From contig JAUXSB010000037.1 in the NCBI GenBank assembly GCA_030681595.1, forward strand, positions 232,648-296,647: a stretch of DNA of 64,000 nt. The letters are read 5' to 3'. A program made the position numbers and the translations under genes. Numbering within the stretch: position 1 is the first letter of the stretch; each line of letters starts with the position of its first letter. Below the pieces are notes generated by a model. The model did no database searches. It saw nothing but the letters and a program-made list of their open reading frames with translations, and was not told the DNA's origin. Positions 8,794 through 17,209 of this stretch are shown here, piece after piece. The stretch is from Candidatus Omnitrophota bacterium. Lineage in GTDB: Bacteria; Omnitrophota; Gorgyraeia; Ghiorseimicrobiales; Ghiorseimicrobiaceae.

Positions 8794-9524
8794 TTTATCG
8801 CCTCGCTTATCCGGTTTATGACAATTTCAGATAGCCTTGTGTCTGGGCCTAAATTATGGGTGTAGATAAAATTAACTTGCGGGTGCTTGGCCTTTTCTTC
8901 TTTAATTGCTTTTGGCACATCAAGGCTTACATGATTCCCCTTAAAGAGGAAAAATGGCACAATAATTATTTTTTTACATCCCTTGGCCGCAAGGCGCCTT
9001 ACAGTCTTGGCTAAATCCGGCTGATGAAACTGTAAATAAGCAGAAAGAATATTTTTTAATCCCAATTCTTTTTTAACCGTGTTAACAATAGTAAACATTG
9101 TATTGTTCGCGTTCTTTAATTTACTTCCATGACTAAGGATAATAACTCCGGTTTTACTGTTTTCTGCTTTTGGTTTTATGGTTTGTGGCTTGTATCTATC
9201 GCGGATGAGCGTAAAAATTTCATCCACCACGCTTTTTTGATGTATCCAGTTACAATTTTGACAAGACCAAACCTTGCGTTTATCTCTTGTGTAAATGGAG
9301 CCCACGGGCGGAATACTCAAGCGGCCACACTGCATCCCCGCCAGAACGAAGTCGGGCTGGCGTGCCCTAAAGGCCGCGGATTTAGGCCGCGGATGTATAA
9401 AATTCCCCCGTTTACTATCGCCGCAGGGATAAAATGGGCAATAACAAAATATACAGTCTTCTAGTTTAATGTGACAAGGGAAATACCTACATGCTTTATT
9501 TACTCGTGATGTATTTTGTTTCAT
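8775..9524 (-). CDS. cbiX: Sirohydrochlorin cobaltochelatase CbiX (short form) fused to an N-terminal cysteine-rich small domain.
   Basis: C-terminal half carries ILSHGSK and IIVPFFLFKGNHV CbiX motifs. N-terminal part is CRYFPCH...DCIFCYCPFYPCGD Cys-rich. Confidence 0.75.
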   Translation of the reverse strand: MKQNTSRVNKACRYFPCHIKLEDCIFCYCPFYPCGDSKRGNFIHPRPKSAAFRARQPDFVLAGMQCGRLSIPPVGSIYTRDKRKVWSCQNCNWIHQKSVVDEIFTLIRDRYKPQTIKPKAENSKTGVIILSHGSKLKNANNTMFTIVNTVKKELGLKNILSAYLQFHQPDLAKTVRRLAAKGCKKIIIVPFFLFKGNHVSLDVPKAIKEEKAKHPQVNFIYTHNLGPDTRLSEIVINRISEAIKCTQKK

Positions 9525-9530
9525 TATCTA

Positions 9531-9570
9531 TCCCATCTTTAACCGTGTCAACCGCGGAGGTTGACACGGT
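9531..9570 (+). terminator. Perfect 13-bp stem hairpin followed by TTTTT, oriented for the plus strand, between cbiA and cbiX.
   Basis: aaccgtgtcaacc-gcgga-ggttgacacggtt followed by ttttt. Confidence 0.4.
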
Positions 9571-9634
9571 TTTTTAGAGCTAAATTTTTCGCAAGCAGCG
9601 ATAAAATTTTTGGGCCGCAAAAGTATTTGCGGCA

Positions 9635-11062
9635 TCACGCAAAATCCAAACGCCAGCTGGCGAATTTTGCGCGACAAATTTTATAATTACGGCACGCTGA
9701 TATAAAATTTGCGCAAAATTTTATATCAGCGGCAAAATGCAGGTGCGCGTAGCCAGCTAAGATATTCTTTTTAACTAAGCCGTCATAGGAAACATTGCTG
9801 CCTTTTTTATATACATTATACGCCCAATTATTACGTGGAGTTTGAATGAAGTGTGACCAGTGGAATACATGTGCCCTAATCTTGTCACCTTTTTTGCTTA
9901 AAATATTATCTCGCAATGTGGTAAGCGTTACGTAGCCTAAAGCAGCGCGTTTTTTACCCATAGCTATTTTAACATCTAGAATTCCTGCCATGGGGAATTT
10001 TCTCCCTTTTAAATCGGTGATCTCTTGGGAAAGATACATCAATCCTCCGCATTCAGCATAAATCGGCAGGCCTGAATTTACTTTTAAGCGGATGTCATTC
10101 TTTAATTTTACATTTTTGGCTAATCGCGCGGCAAAAACTTCCGGGAATCCGCCACCGATATAAAGCCCATTAACGCCTTTAGGCAGTTTTTTATCAGTAA
10201 GCGGGCTAAAATCTACTAGGTGCGCCCCGTTTTGACGTAAAATATCCAAGTTATCCTGATAATAAAAGTTAAATGCCGCATCATTTGCTACGGCGATAGT
10301 TACCTTTTGCGGTATTGCCGCGTCTTTAAATATCCTTTGCCTAAAAGGCGGGATCTTTTTGGCTGAACGCGCGATCGCGATAATTTTCTCTATTTCAATA
10401 TTTTCGTCTACTTTTTTACACAAAAGGCGGCTAAATTCCAAAAAAGCCTTTTTTTCATATACCGGAACGAGGCCTAAGTGGCGCTCATTCAGCTTTAGCT
10501 TTTCATCTCGTGGTAAAAATCCTAGAACAGGGATTTTAACTCTTTTTTCAATGCTCTTTTTAGCGCTTTGATAATGGGTAGAGCTTGCGATATTGTTTAA
10601 AATTACGCCCTTAAGGTTAATTTCATGGTCAAATTCCTTATAACCTAAAGCTAATGCAGCCAGGCTTCTTGAAGACGCATGGGCATTAACAATTAAAATT
10701 ACCGGCGCGCCAAGTATCTTGGCTAGCTCTGCGGTTGAACCGGCCTCGCTATCATTTAGGCCATCATATAAGCCCATTACGCCTTCAATCAAAGAGATGT
10801 CAGCCTCTTTTGCCCGATGCGCGAATAATTCTCTTATTGTTTCTTTAGGTATCATCCAGCTATCAAGGTTTGCGCAAGGTGATTTGCTTACGTAGCTATG
10901 GTAGGCGCAGTCAATATAATCAGGGCCGGCCTTAAACGGCTGGATATTGAACCCTCTTTTTGTTAGCGCTAAAATCAGGCCTAGAGTTAGCGTAGTTTTC
11001 CCTGAACCGCTGTTTGCGCCTGCTAACACGACCCTAGGATAATTTAGCGCCCCACCAACCAT
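9635..11062 (-). CDS. cbiA: Cobyrinate a,c-diamide synthase CbiA/CobB.
   Basis: N-terminal GANSGSGKTT P-loop and a C-terminal glutamine amidotransferase domain (475 aa). The C-terminal tail runs through hairpin repeats. Confidence 0.85.
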   Translation of the reverse strand: MVGGALNYPRVVLAGANSGSGKTTLTLGLILALTKRGFNIQPFKAGPDYIDCAYHSYVSKSPCANLDSWMIPKETIRELFAHRAKEADISLIEGVMGLYDGLNDSEAGSTAELAKILGAPVILIVNAHASSRSLAALALGYKEFDHEINLKGVILNNIASSTHYQSAKKSIEKRVKIPVLGFLPRDEKLKLNERHLGLVPVYEKKAFLEFSRLLCKKVDENIEIEKIIAIARSAKKIPPFRQRIFKDAAIPQKVTIAVANDAAFNFYYQDNLDILRQNGAHLVDFSPLTDKKLPKGVNGLYIGGGFPEVFAARLAKNVKLKNDIRLKVNSGLPIYAECGGLMYLSQEITDLKGRKFPMAGILDVKIAMGKKRAALGYVTLTTLRDNILSKKGDKIRAHVFHWSHFIQTPRNNWAYNVYKKGSNVSYDGLVKKNILAGYAHLHFAADIKFCANFISACRNYKICRAKFASWRLDFA

Positions 11063-11988
11063 AATATTATCACTCCGATGATTAATCCAATAAACGAAAC
11101 AAGATACATAATTCTATTTGCGTTTTTTATAGCTTCAACGGTTAAAAGATTTTTATCTCTTCCCATAAAAGGCACAGATACAGATATGCCTTGATAATAA
11201 TTTACCCCTCCAAGCTGAACTCCTAGCAATTCTGCCATAGCTGTTTCGGGAATACGGGAGCTTTGGCCGATAATAAAATCTTTTTTTAGGATTACATTCT
11301 TTAATGCTAAGGAAGTATTTTTTCTTAAAATTAGGCCTGCGATAAAAAATACAACCGCACTTATCCTTGCTGGTATATAATTAAACAGTTCATCAATTTT
11401 TGCCGATGCCCAGCCAAAGTTTTTGTATTTCTCATTTTGATGGCCCAACATTGAATCCAGTGTATTTATCGCCTTATAGGCGATACAAAGCGGCGCACCG
11501 CCTAAGAATGCAAAAAATAACGGCGAGATAATCCCGTCAACACTGCTTTCGGCAATAGTCTCTACTGTCGCGCGCGTAATTTCTCTTTCGCCTAAATTTT
11601 GTGTGTCCCTACCGACAATCAGAGAAAGATTCTTGCGCGCGAGAATAATTTCGTTTTTTTTCAGCGCGCTATAAACAAGACTACTTTCATCTTTTAAATC
11701 TTTAACCGAAACACAGGCATAAATTAAAAATGTTGATATAAACGCGCCGGCGATATAGTTCATCCTATTAAAAGTATTTATCAGGATATATGCACAAGAA
11801 TAGCTAAGACCTACGGTAAGCAGGACAACTAATAAACCTGCCTCTTTCTTATCTTCAAACCCATGGAATATCTTTTCAAAGAAACTAACGATCTTACCGA
11901 TTATTCTTATCGGATGCCAGCGCCACTTTGGGTCGCCAAATAATAAATCCATTATGTAGGCAGTAATGATTATAACTATTAAGTTCAT
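11044..11988 (-). CDS. cbiB: Adenosylcobinamide-phosphate synthase CbiB/CobD.
   Basis: Membrane protein of 314 aa from the CbiB family, in a cobalamin-cluster context. Confidence 0.8.
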   Translation of the reverse strand: MNLIVIIITAYIMDLLFGDPKWRWHPIRIIGKIVSFFEKIFHGFEDKKEAGLLVVLLTVGLSYSCAYILINTFNRMNYIAGAFISTFLIYACVSVKDLKDESSLVYSALKKNEIILARKNLSLIVGRDTQNLGEREITRATVETIAESSVDGIISPLFFAFLGGAPLCIAYKAINTLDSMLGHQNEKYKNFGWASAKIDELFNYIPARISAVVFFIAGLILRKNTSLALKNVILKKDFIIGQSSRIPETAMAELLGVQLGGVNYYQGISVSVPFMGRDKNLLTVEAIKNANRIMYLVSFIGLIIGVIILWLVGR

Positions 11989-12012
11989 TTGTTTACTATT
12001 TAATTCTCATTT

Positions 12013-13476
12013 CTATATTTTATACTCATACTTTAGGTTATTCATTATTTCTCTGCGCAAAATATATTCTTCCTTGCCTTCTGCTATCAGTTTAAAGGCA
12101 TGGCGGGTTATCGCTTTGTAGAAGTCGCAGAAAACAGATTTTTGCCTAAACTTGTCCAAAGAATGAAGTTCAGCCGGGCAGGGTGAGCCGCAGATATTGC
12201 GAAAATCACAAATATTACATTCCTTAACATTTTCCACAAATCTGTCTCTTATTTTGTTAAACGGTTTGGAATTAAGCGCTTGCGTAATAATATTATCTGC
12301 GCGTTTTGCGGAAAAGATGTTTCCTCCGGAAAAACCTTTTAATCCAATAAACTCCCCGCAGGGGATCATCTCTCCTTTGGCAGTAATGGTAAAAAAACAT
12401 CTTCCGCCACCGCAGGGTGAAATATCGCACATAAGCCTTCTGGCAAAAGGTGAAACAATAGCTAATATTATATTGGCAAAATTTGCCACAATAATTTGCC
12501 GTCCGGAGTTCCGGCTAAGCTCAATAGCCGTATCTACTGCTTTTAAAAATTGCTGAGCCATTATTTTTTCATCCGGTTTTAGTTTTAAGGCATATTTTTG
12601 CGTAAAACGCATTGGGTTTAACAAAACACAGCTTACTTTTTTGGCGTGTAAGAACTTTACTATTTTTTCCAGATGAGTAACATTGTATTTGGTTATCGTG
12701 GTGATAACGTTTAAGCCGGAATAACCATCAAACCAATCAAGGGCATTAACTATCTGGTTAAAATTTCCGCTTCGTAAGCGGTTATTTACTTTAGGATCAT
12801 GCGAATCCAAAGATATGCCTACGCCCACCCGATGTTTAATCAGAAAATCCACATCTTTTTGTTTTAGGAGAAGCGCGTTGGTCTGAAGCCCAAAGAAAAA
12901 TTTATCTTTGAATTTTTCTATCGCGTAAAATACGATATCTTTAACTAATAATGGCTCGCTGGCATGGAAAATAATAACTAATTTCTTATGGCTGCCCTTT
13001 CTATGGCTTTGGCTATGGGTTTGGCCAAAGGAGACCAAACCATTGCCCTCTGGCCTATCGGAAGCCAAACCATTGTCCCCCGACCTATAAGCATAAATCT
13101 TATTTAATATAAATTCCAATTCATCCTTTGTCATTGAGCGGCCGTATTTTCTTATCTTCGGCGGCACGTAACAATAAGGGCAATTGGCGTTACATTTGTC
13201 CGTAGGGTCAATATATATCGCGGATAAATCTAGGCCAAAACGGAAATCATACATTTCTTTATCTAAATTATCCTTAAATTTATCGTATAAGGATAAAAGA
13301 TTACGAGATAAATTAACCGAACCATTGTCTGGTTTTGGAAGTATCGACCAAAAAAGATTATCGGAATCCAAAATAACCTTGCGGTTATCTACGTCTAAAA
13401 TATTCAAACCCAAATTTTTCATTAGAAAAGTTTGCCCGTTAAGGGTAAGCCATTTATCATATCTGTTTCTTTCCAA
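12013..13476 (-). CDS. Radical SAM enzyme with a C-terminal SPASM domain and an N-terminal extension of about 90 aa.
   Basis: CNANCPYC (CxxxCxxC) lies near residue 95. A C-terminal Cys cluster CGGGRC...CGEF...CNICDFRNICGSPCP is typical of SPASM. A REP-like repeat is inserted in frame (GDNGLASDRPEGNGLVSFGQTHSQSH). Confidence 0.8.
   Translation of the reverse strand: MERNRYDKWLTLNGQTFLMKNLGLNILDVDNRKVILDSDNLFWSILPKPDNGSVNLSRNLLSLYDKFKDNLDKEMYDFRFGLDLSAIYIDPTDKCNANCPYCYVPPKIRKYGRSMTKDELEFILNKIYAYRSGDNGLASDRPEGNGLVSFGQTHSQSHRKGSHKKLVIIFHASEPLLVKDIVFYAIEKFKDKFFFGLQTNALLLKQKDVDFLIKHRVGVGISLDSHDPKVNNRLRSGNFNQIVNALDWFDGYSGLNVITTITKYNVTHLEKIVKFLHAKKVSCVLLNPMRFTQKYALKLKPDEKIMAQQFLKAVDTAIELSRNSGRQIIVANFANIILAIVSPFARRLMCDISPCGGGRCFFTITAKGEMIPCGEFIGLKGFSGGNIFSAKRADNIITQALNSKPFNKIRDRFVENVKECNICDFRNICGSPCPAELHSLDKFRQKSVFCDFYKAITRHAFKLIAEGKEEYILRREIMNNLKYEYKI
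12995..13090. repeat. REP-like element copies (GGCTTTGGCTA...GCCAAACCATTGCCCTCTGGC) inserted in frame within the radical SAM gene.
   Basis: Shares the GCCAAACCAYTGCC core with 40565..40615, 43440..43470 and 51486..51580. Confidence 0.7.
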
Positions 13477-13566
13477 GAGTAAAAAGCAGAGAAATGTAGC
13501 CGCGGGCTACAGGCTAAAAAGCTTAAAGCTTGACGCTTGTAGCCTGCGGCTAAAGATTATCCACTT

Positions 13567-13719
13567 TTACACCGGTGCTTGATCTTTCGGCGCATCGCCA
13601 TACATAACAAAATGCGACAACCCATTTGAGGTTTTGGCGCATTTTAGACGGTAAGCAATTGTGCCATCGTTATTCTTCTGATTATTCTGCTTTTTATTTT
13701 TCTCCACCTTCTTTGCCAT
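13567..13719 (-). CDS. Small ORF of 50 aa (MAKKVEKNKKQNNQKNNDGTIAYRLKCAKTSNGLSHFVMYGDAPKDQAPV); candidate precursor peptide or small protein.
   Basis: GGAGG lies 7 nt upstream of the ATG. The ORF sits between the cobQ terminator-like palindromes and the rSAM gene. I translated it by hand from the reverse complement; it is absent from the ORF track because it is under 60 aa. Confidence 0.3.
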   Translation of the reverse strand: MAKKVEKNKKQNNQKNNDGTIAYRLKCAKTSNGLSHFVMYGDAPKDQAPV

Positions 13720-13725
13720 TTTTTT

Positions 13726-13794
13726 ACCTCCAATCCGCCACGCCTCTTGGCGTGGCGGATTACCCTGATAGATACTGCGTATCTATCAGGGTAT
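13726..13794 (-). terminator. Two adjacent perfect palindromes (12-13 bp stems) immediately after the cobQ stop; possible terminator, processing site or operator.
   Basis: The two palindromes are aatccgccacgcc-tcttg-gcgtggcggatt and accctgatagata-ctgcg-tatctatcagggt. No U-tract follows. Confidence 0.4.
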
Positions 13795-13796
13795 GT

Positions 13797-15338
13797 TTAC
13801 ACATACGGCTCTTTTCCTGGATTATTCAGAATCTTATATAGATACTTAATATCAATATTTTTCCTTACTAAGTCCGCCAACTTATTAAATTCTTTATCAC
13901 GGTTAAAGCTAGCGCAGTCTAACTTCGTATTAGTTAATCCTTTTGCCTGCATTATTTCTAAGATGAATTTTTTTCTAAACTCTTTACTGTCAAATATACC
14001 GTGAATATACGTGCCCCAGAAGCGCTTATCGCTGCTTATGGCTCCGTCAAGAATACGAACTGCCTTACCCGTTCTGTTTGTAATTAGAAAACGCGGCTTA
14101 ATACTATCACTTATTTTAGTGTTTCCGTGGTGAATCTCGTAGCCATAAATATTTGTTTTGGATAATAAATCTTTGCCTTTTATCTGGTAAGTTTGTTTAT
14201 TTTTAGCTAAAGTTGTTGTCATGTCTAGCAGTCCCAAGCCTTTTATTTTTCCTGCTGATGATTCAATTGAATAAGGATCATCTATTGATTCTCCAAGCAT
14301 TTGAAAACCGCCGCAGATACCTACTACGATGGACAAGGGACGATGGATGATCGATGATGTTATTTTTTTGTCCAATTCGGTTTGTTTAAACCAAGTTAAA
14401 TCTCCAATGGTATTTTTGGTACCGGGGATAATTATTACGTCTGCGCCTTCTAGCTCTTGAGGCGTTTTTATATAGCGCAATTTTATGCTATGCTCTTTTT
14501 CTAAAGCGTCAAAATCAGTAAAATTTGATATGTGAGGCAAATGTACTACGCTTATATTTAATTTTGTTAGTTTTTTATTTTTTCTCATTCCGCATTCCGC
14601 ATTCTGCATTCTGCATTCCAGGGAAACCGAATCTTCTTCCCCTATTTTTATGTCATTATAATAGGGAATAACGCCTAAAACTTTCTTGCCGGTTCTTTTT
14701 TCTAAAAACCGCAATCCGCCTTGCAGTAACCTTTTATCCCCGCGGAATTTATTGATGATAAAACCCTTTATTCTGTCACGTTCATTTTTATCCAGCAGTT
14801 CTAGCGTTCCGACTAAACTGGCGAATACCCCTCCTTTATCGATATCGCCGACTAAAATTACTCCGGCATCAGCATATTCGGCCATCTTCATATTTACAAT
14901 ATCATGAGCCTTTAAATTTATTTCTGCCGGACTTCCCGCGCCTTCAATAACAATAAACTTATATTTTTGCGCTATGGTTTCATACGACTGATGGACTTTT
15001 TTAAGTAGTGATTTTTTGCGTCGCGCGTACTCAACCGCGCTCATATTGCCTATTGATGTACCTTGCACGATTACCTGCGCGCGCCTATCCGCGGTAGGTT
15101 TAAGCAGTATGGGGTTCATGTGCACGCTTGAGGCAATGTTTGCGGCATATGCCTGCTCTGCCTGAGCCCTGCCGATTTCACCGCCGTCAGAAGCGACATA
15201 CGAATTAAGCGCCATATTCTGGGCCTTAAACGGTGCAACCTTATAGCCGTCTTGGTAAAATATACGGCAGAGCGCGGCAGTAATTATGCTTTTACCGACT
15301 CCTGAACCCGTGCCGCAAATCTGTATCGCCTTTGTCAT
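13797..15338 (-). CDS. cobQ: Cobyric acid synthase CobQ/CbiP. Start placed at MTKAIQICGTGSGVGKS; the longest ORF reaches 15380.
   Basis: P-loop GTGSGVGKS and a C-terminal GATase domain. A heptamer repeat sits in frame in the linker (QNAECGMRKN). Confidence 0.85.
   Translation of the reverse strand: MTKAIQICGTGSGVGKSIITAALCRIFYQDGYKVAPFKAQNMALNSYVASDGGEIGRAQAEQAYAANIASSVHMNPILLKPTADRRAQVIVQGTSIGNMSAVEYARRKKSLLKKVHQSYETIAQKYKFIVIEGAGSPAEINLKAHDIVNMKMAEYADAGVILVGDIDKGGVFASLVGTLELLDKNERDRIKGFIINKFRGDKRLLQGGLRFLEKRTGKKVLGVIPYYNDIKIGEEDSVSLECRMQNAECGMRKNKKLTKLNISVVHLPHISNFTDFDALEKEHSIKLRYIKTPQELEGADVIIIPGTKNTIGDLTWFKQTELDKKITSSIIHRPLSIVVGICGGFQMLGESIDDPYSIESSAGKIKGLGLLDMTTTLAKNKQTYQIKGKDLLSKTNIYGYEIHHGNTKISDSIKPRFLITNRTGKAVRILDGAISSDKRFWGTYIHGIFDSKEFRKKFILEIMQAKGLTNTKLDCASFNRDKEFNKLADLVRKNIDIKYLYKILNNPGKEPYV
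14587..14621. repeat. Heptanucleotide tandem repeat (ATTCCGC/ATTCTGC)x5 inside cobQ.
   Basis: Direct reading of the sequence. Confidence 0.9.
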
Positions 15339-15384
15339 TATTTTTCTTTTACTTAAACCATGTGCACTACCGCAGTGCACATGG

Positions 15385-16458
15385 TTATAAAATTTCTTTC
15401 AGGGCGGAAATTAACTTGAGATTATCTTTTCGTAATTTAACCGCTACTCTAAAATATTGGTTATCTAATCCGCGGAAATTACTGCAGTCGCGGATAAAAA
15501 TACCCTGCCGTGCTAATTTTTTAAATAAAACTTTCGAATTAATCCTTTTGCTATTTATACGACAGAGGATAAAATTTACCGAAGGGTAGTATGGCGAAAT
15601 TGCCAAAATCTTGCTTAGTTTCCCGAATAAAAAATCATTTTCTTTCTTGATAAACGCGCGCGTTCTATGGATATAGCTATAATCGAAAATGGCAGAAACG
15701 GCCGCTACCTGCGCAAAAGAATTAACCGCCCAAGGAAAACGAAATTTAGCTATGCGGTTAATTAGCTTTTTATGCGCGGTGATATGGCCGATCCTTAATC
15801 CGGGAAGGGCAAAAAATTTAGTCAACGACCCCAAAATGATAACATTATTACATTTTAAGCAACTCCTAACCAAAGAAACCTTATCCGGCTCAGGCAGGAA
15901 ATCAATAAATGCCTCATCAACAACTAAAATAATTCCGTTTTGGCCGCATTTTTTGGCTAAAAACAATAAATCCTCCCGCGAGAGAACTCGCCCGGTAGGA
16001 TTATCCGGATTACAAATAAAAAGAGCACTCATACCGGATAAGCTACTTGTAAGTTTATTAAAATCTATTTTAAAATTATTACTGTCCCGGGTTTGAAAAT
16101 AAAGGCTTCTGCCCCCACTTGATTTAATTGCCCGTTCATACTCGCTGAACGTCGGGACAATGATAAGCGAGGTTTCTCTCGCCATAAGCCGCGCGGTAAG
16201 ATATATCGCCTCAATCGAACCATTGGTAACAAGCAAATTATCTTTGCTTATGCCGGCGTATTCCGCGATTTTTGCTCCTGAACTTTGCGAATAATCTTGA
16301 GGGTAGCGCAAGAAAAGATGAAAATTATCGCGTAATAATTTTCTCGTTCGTTTGGGTGGGCCAAGCGGATTTATGCTGGCGCTAAAATCAAGGATATTTT
16401 TCCCTGATAAGCCGAATTGCCTCTTCCATGATTCTATATTTGCGCCGTGACTATACAT
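15385..16458 (-). CDS. cobD: Threonine-phosphate decarboxylase CobD (class I/II aminotransferase fold).
   Basis: 357 aa PLP-aminotransferase-like protein, located between cobS and cobQ. Confidence 0.75.
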   Translation of the reverse strand: MYSHGANIESWKRQFGLSGKNILDFSASINPLGPPKRTRKLLRDNFHLFLRYPQDYSQSSGAKIAEYAGISKDNLLVTNGSIEAIYLTARLMARETSLIIVPTFSEYERAIKSSGGRSLYFQTRDSNNFKIDFNKLTSSLSGMSALFICNPDNPTGRVLSREDLLFLAKKCGQNGIILVVDEAFIDFLPEPDKVSLVRSCLKCNNVIILGSLTKFFALPGLRIGHITAHKKLINRIAKFRFPWAVNSFAQVAAVSAIFDYSYIHRTRAFIKKENDFLFGKLSKILAISPYYPSVNFILCRINSKRINSKVLFKKLARQGIFIRDCSNFRGLDNQYFRVAVKLRKDNLKLISALKEIL

Positions 16459-16462
16459 TACA

Positions 16463-17209
16463 TTAGATAAAACGATTTAACACAATTAGAATAAATAAGA
16501 CAAGAACTTCAGATATTTCATTTATTGCTCCGATTATATCTCCGGTAAGGCCTCCGAATCGCGATGAAAATAATTTACCTAATAAAAATGCAAAAATAGT
16601 TACAAAAACAAATAGGTATATTCCATTAAGCCGCAATAACATAACAACCGCTAATAAAGCGATAAATCCTGCCAAGAGAAATATTCTCTTAGTCATTCCC
16701 GAGAAAAATACTTTTGCCTTTCCGCTATGCCTGGCGTAAATGAACCTGCGCATACAGAAAACCTGTGCCCATCGGCTCAAAATGCACATGCTCAATAATG
16801 CGGAAAATTTATTAAAAGTATCTATCTCGGATAGAAGCAATATCTTAAGGGCTATAACGCTTGTAAGAGACAATACTCCCATTGTGCCTATACGGCTATC
16901 CCGCATAACTTCGAGCTTACCAGCCTTATCTCGATTCGCGGATAAGGCGTCAAAAGTATCTGCTAGCCCATCTAAATGCAGCCCACCGGTGATTACTGCC
17001 AGGAAAATAACTACGATTGCGCTGCTTAACAATGGGCTCACATATAAAAATGATGCTAACGGTTTATACACAATAAACAAAATTAATCCAATAAAGAGTC
17101 CGGCTAAAGGAAAAAAAATGCAAGAATTAACGATATCTTTTTCTCTGATACCTTTCGTATTTATAGGAATAATAGTTAGAAATTGAAGCGCGGCTAAAAA
17201 ACCTGGCAT
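16463..17209 (-). CDS. cobS: Adenosylcobinamide-GDP ribazoletransferase (cobalamin synthase) CobS.
   Basis: Membrane protein of 248 aa from the CobS family, in cluster context. Confidence 0.85.
   Translation of the reverse strand: MPGFLAALQFLTIIPINTKGIREKDIVNSCIFFPLAGLFIGLILFIVYKPLASFLYVSPLLSSAIVVIFLAVITGGLHLDGLADTFDALSANRDKAGKLEVMRDSRIGTMGVLSLTSVIALKILLLSEIDTFNKFSALLSMCILSRWAQVFCMRRFIYARHSGKAKVFFSGMTKRIFLLAGFIALLAVVMLLRLNGIYLFVFVTIFAFLLGKLFSSRFGGLTGDIIGAINEISEVLVLFILIVLNRFI

Noticed and set aside
13477-13566. A second cobalamin riboswitch in the cobQ/rSAM spacer.
   Set aside because: No B12 box or GCCACTG/GGGAAGG blocks are present on either strand; only an imperfect long hairpin.
13626-14004. 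Plus-strand ORFs 13626..13841 and 13747..14004 in the cobQ/rSAM spacer.
   Set aside because: They overlap the cobQ 3' end and the palindromes. The minus-strand small ORF with an RBS is the better-supported reading.
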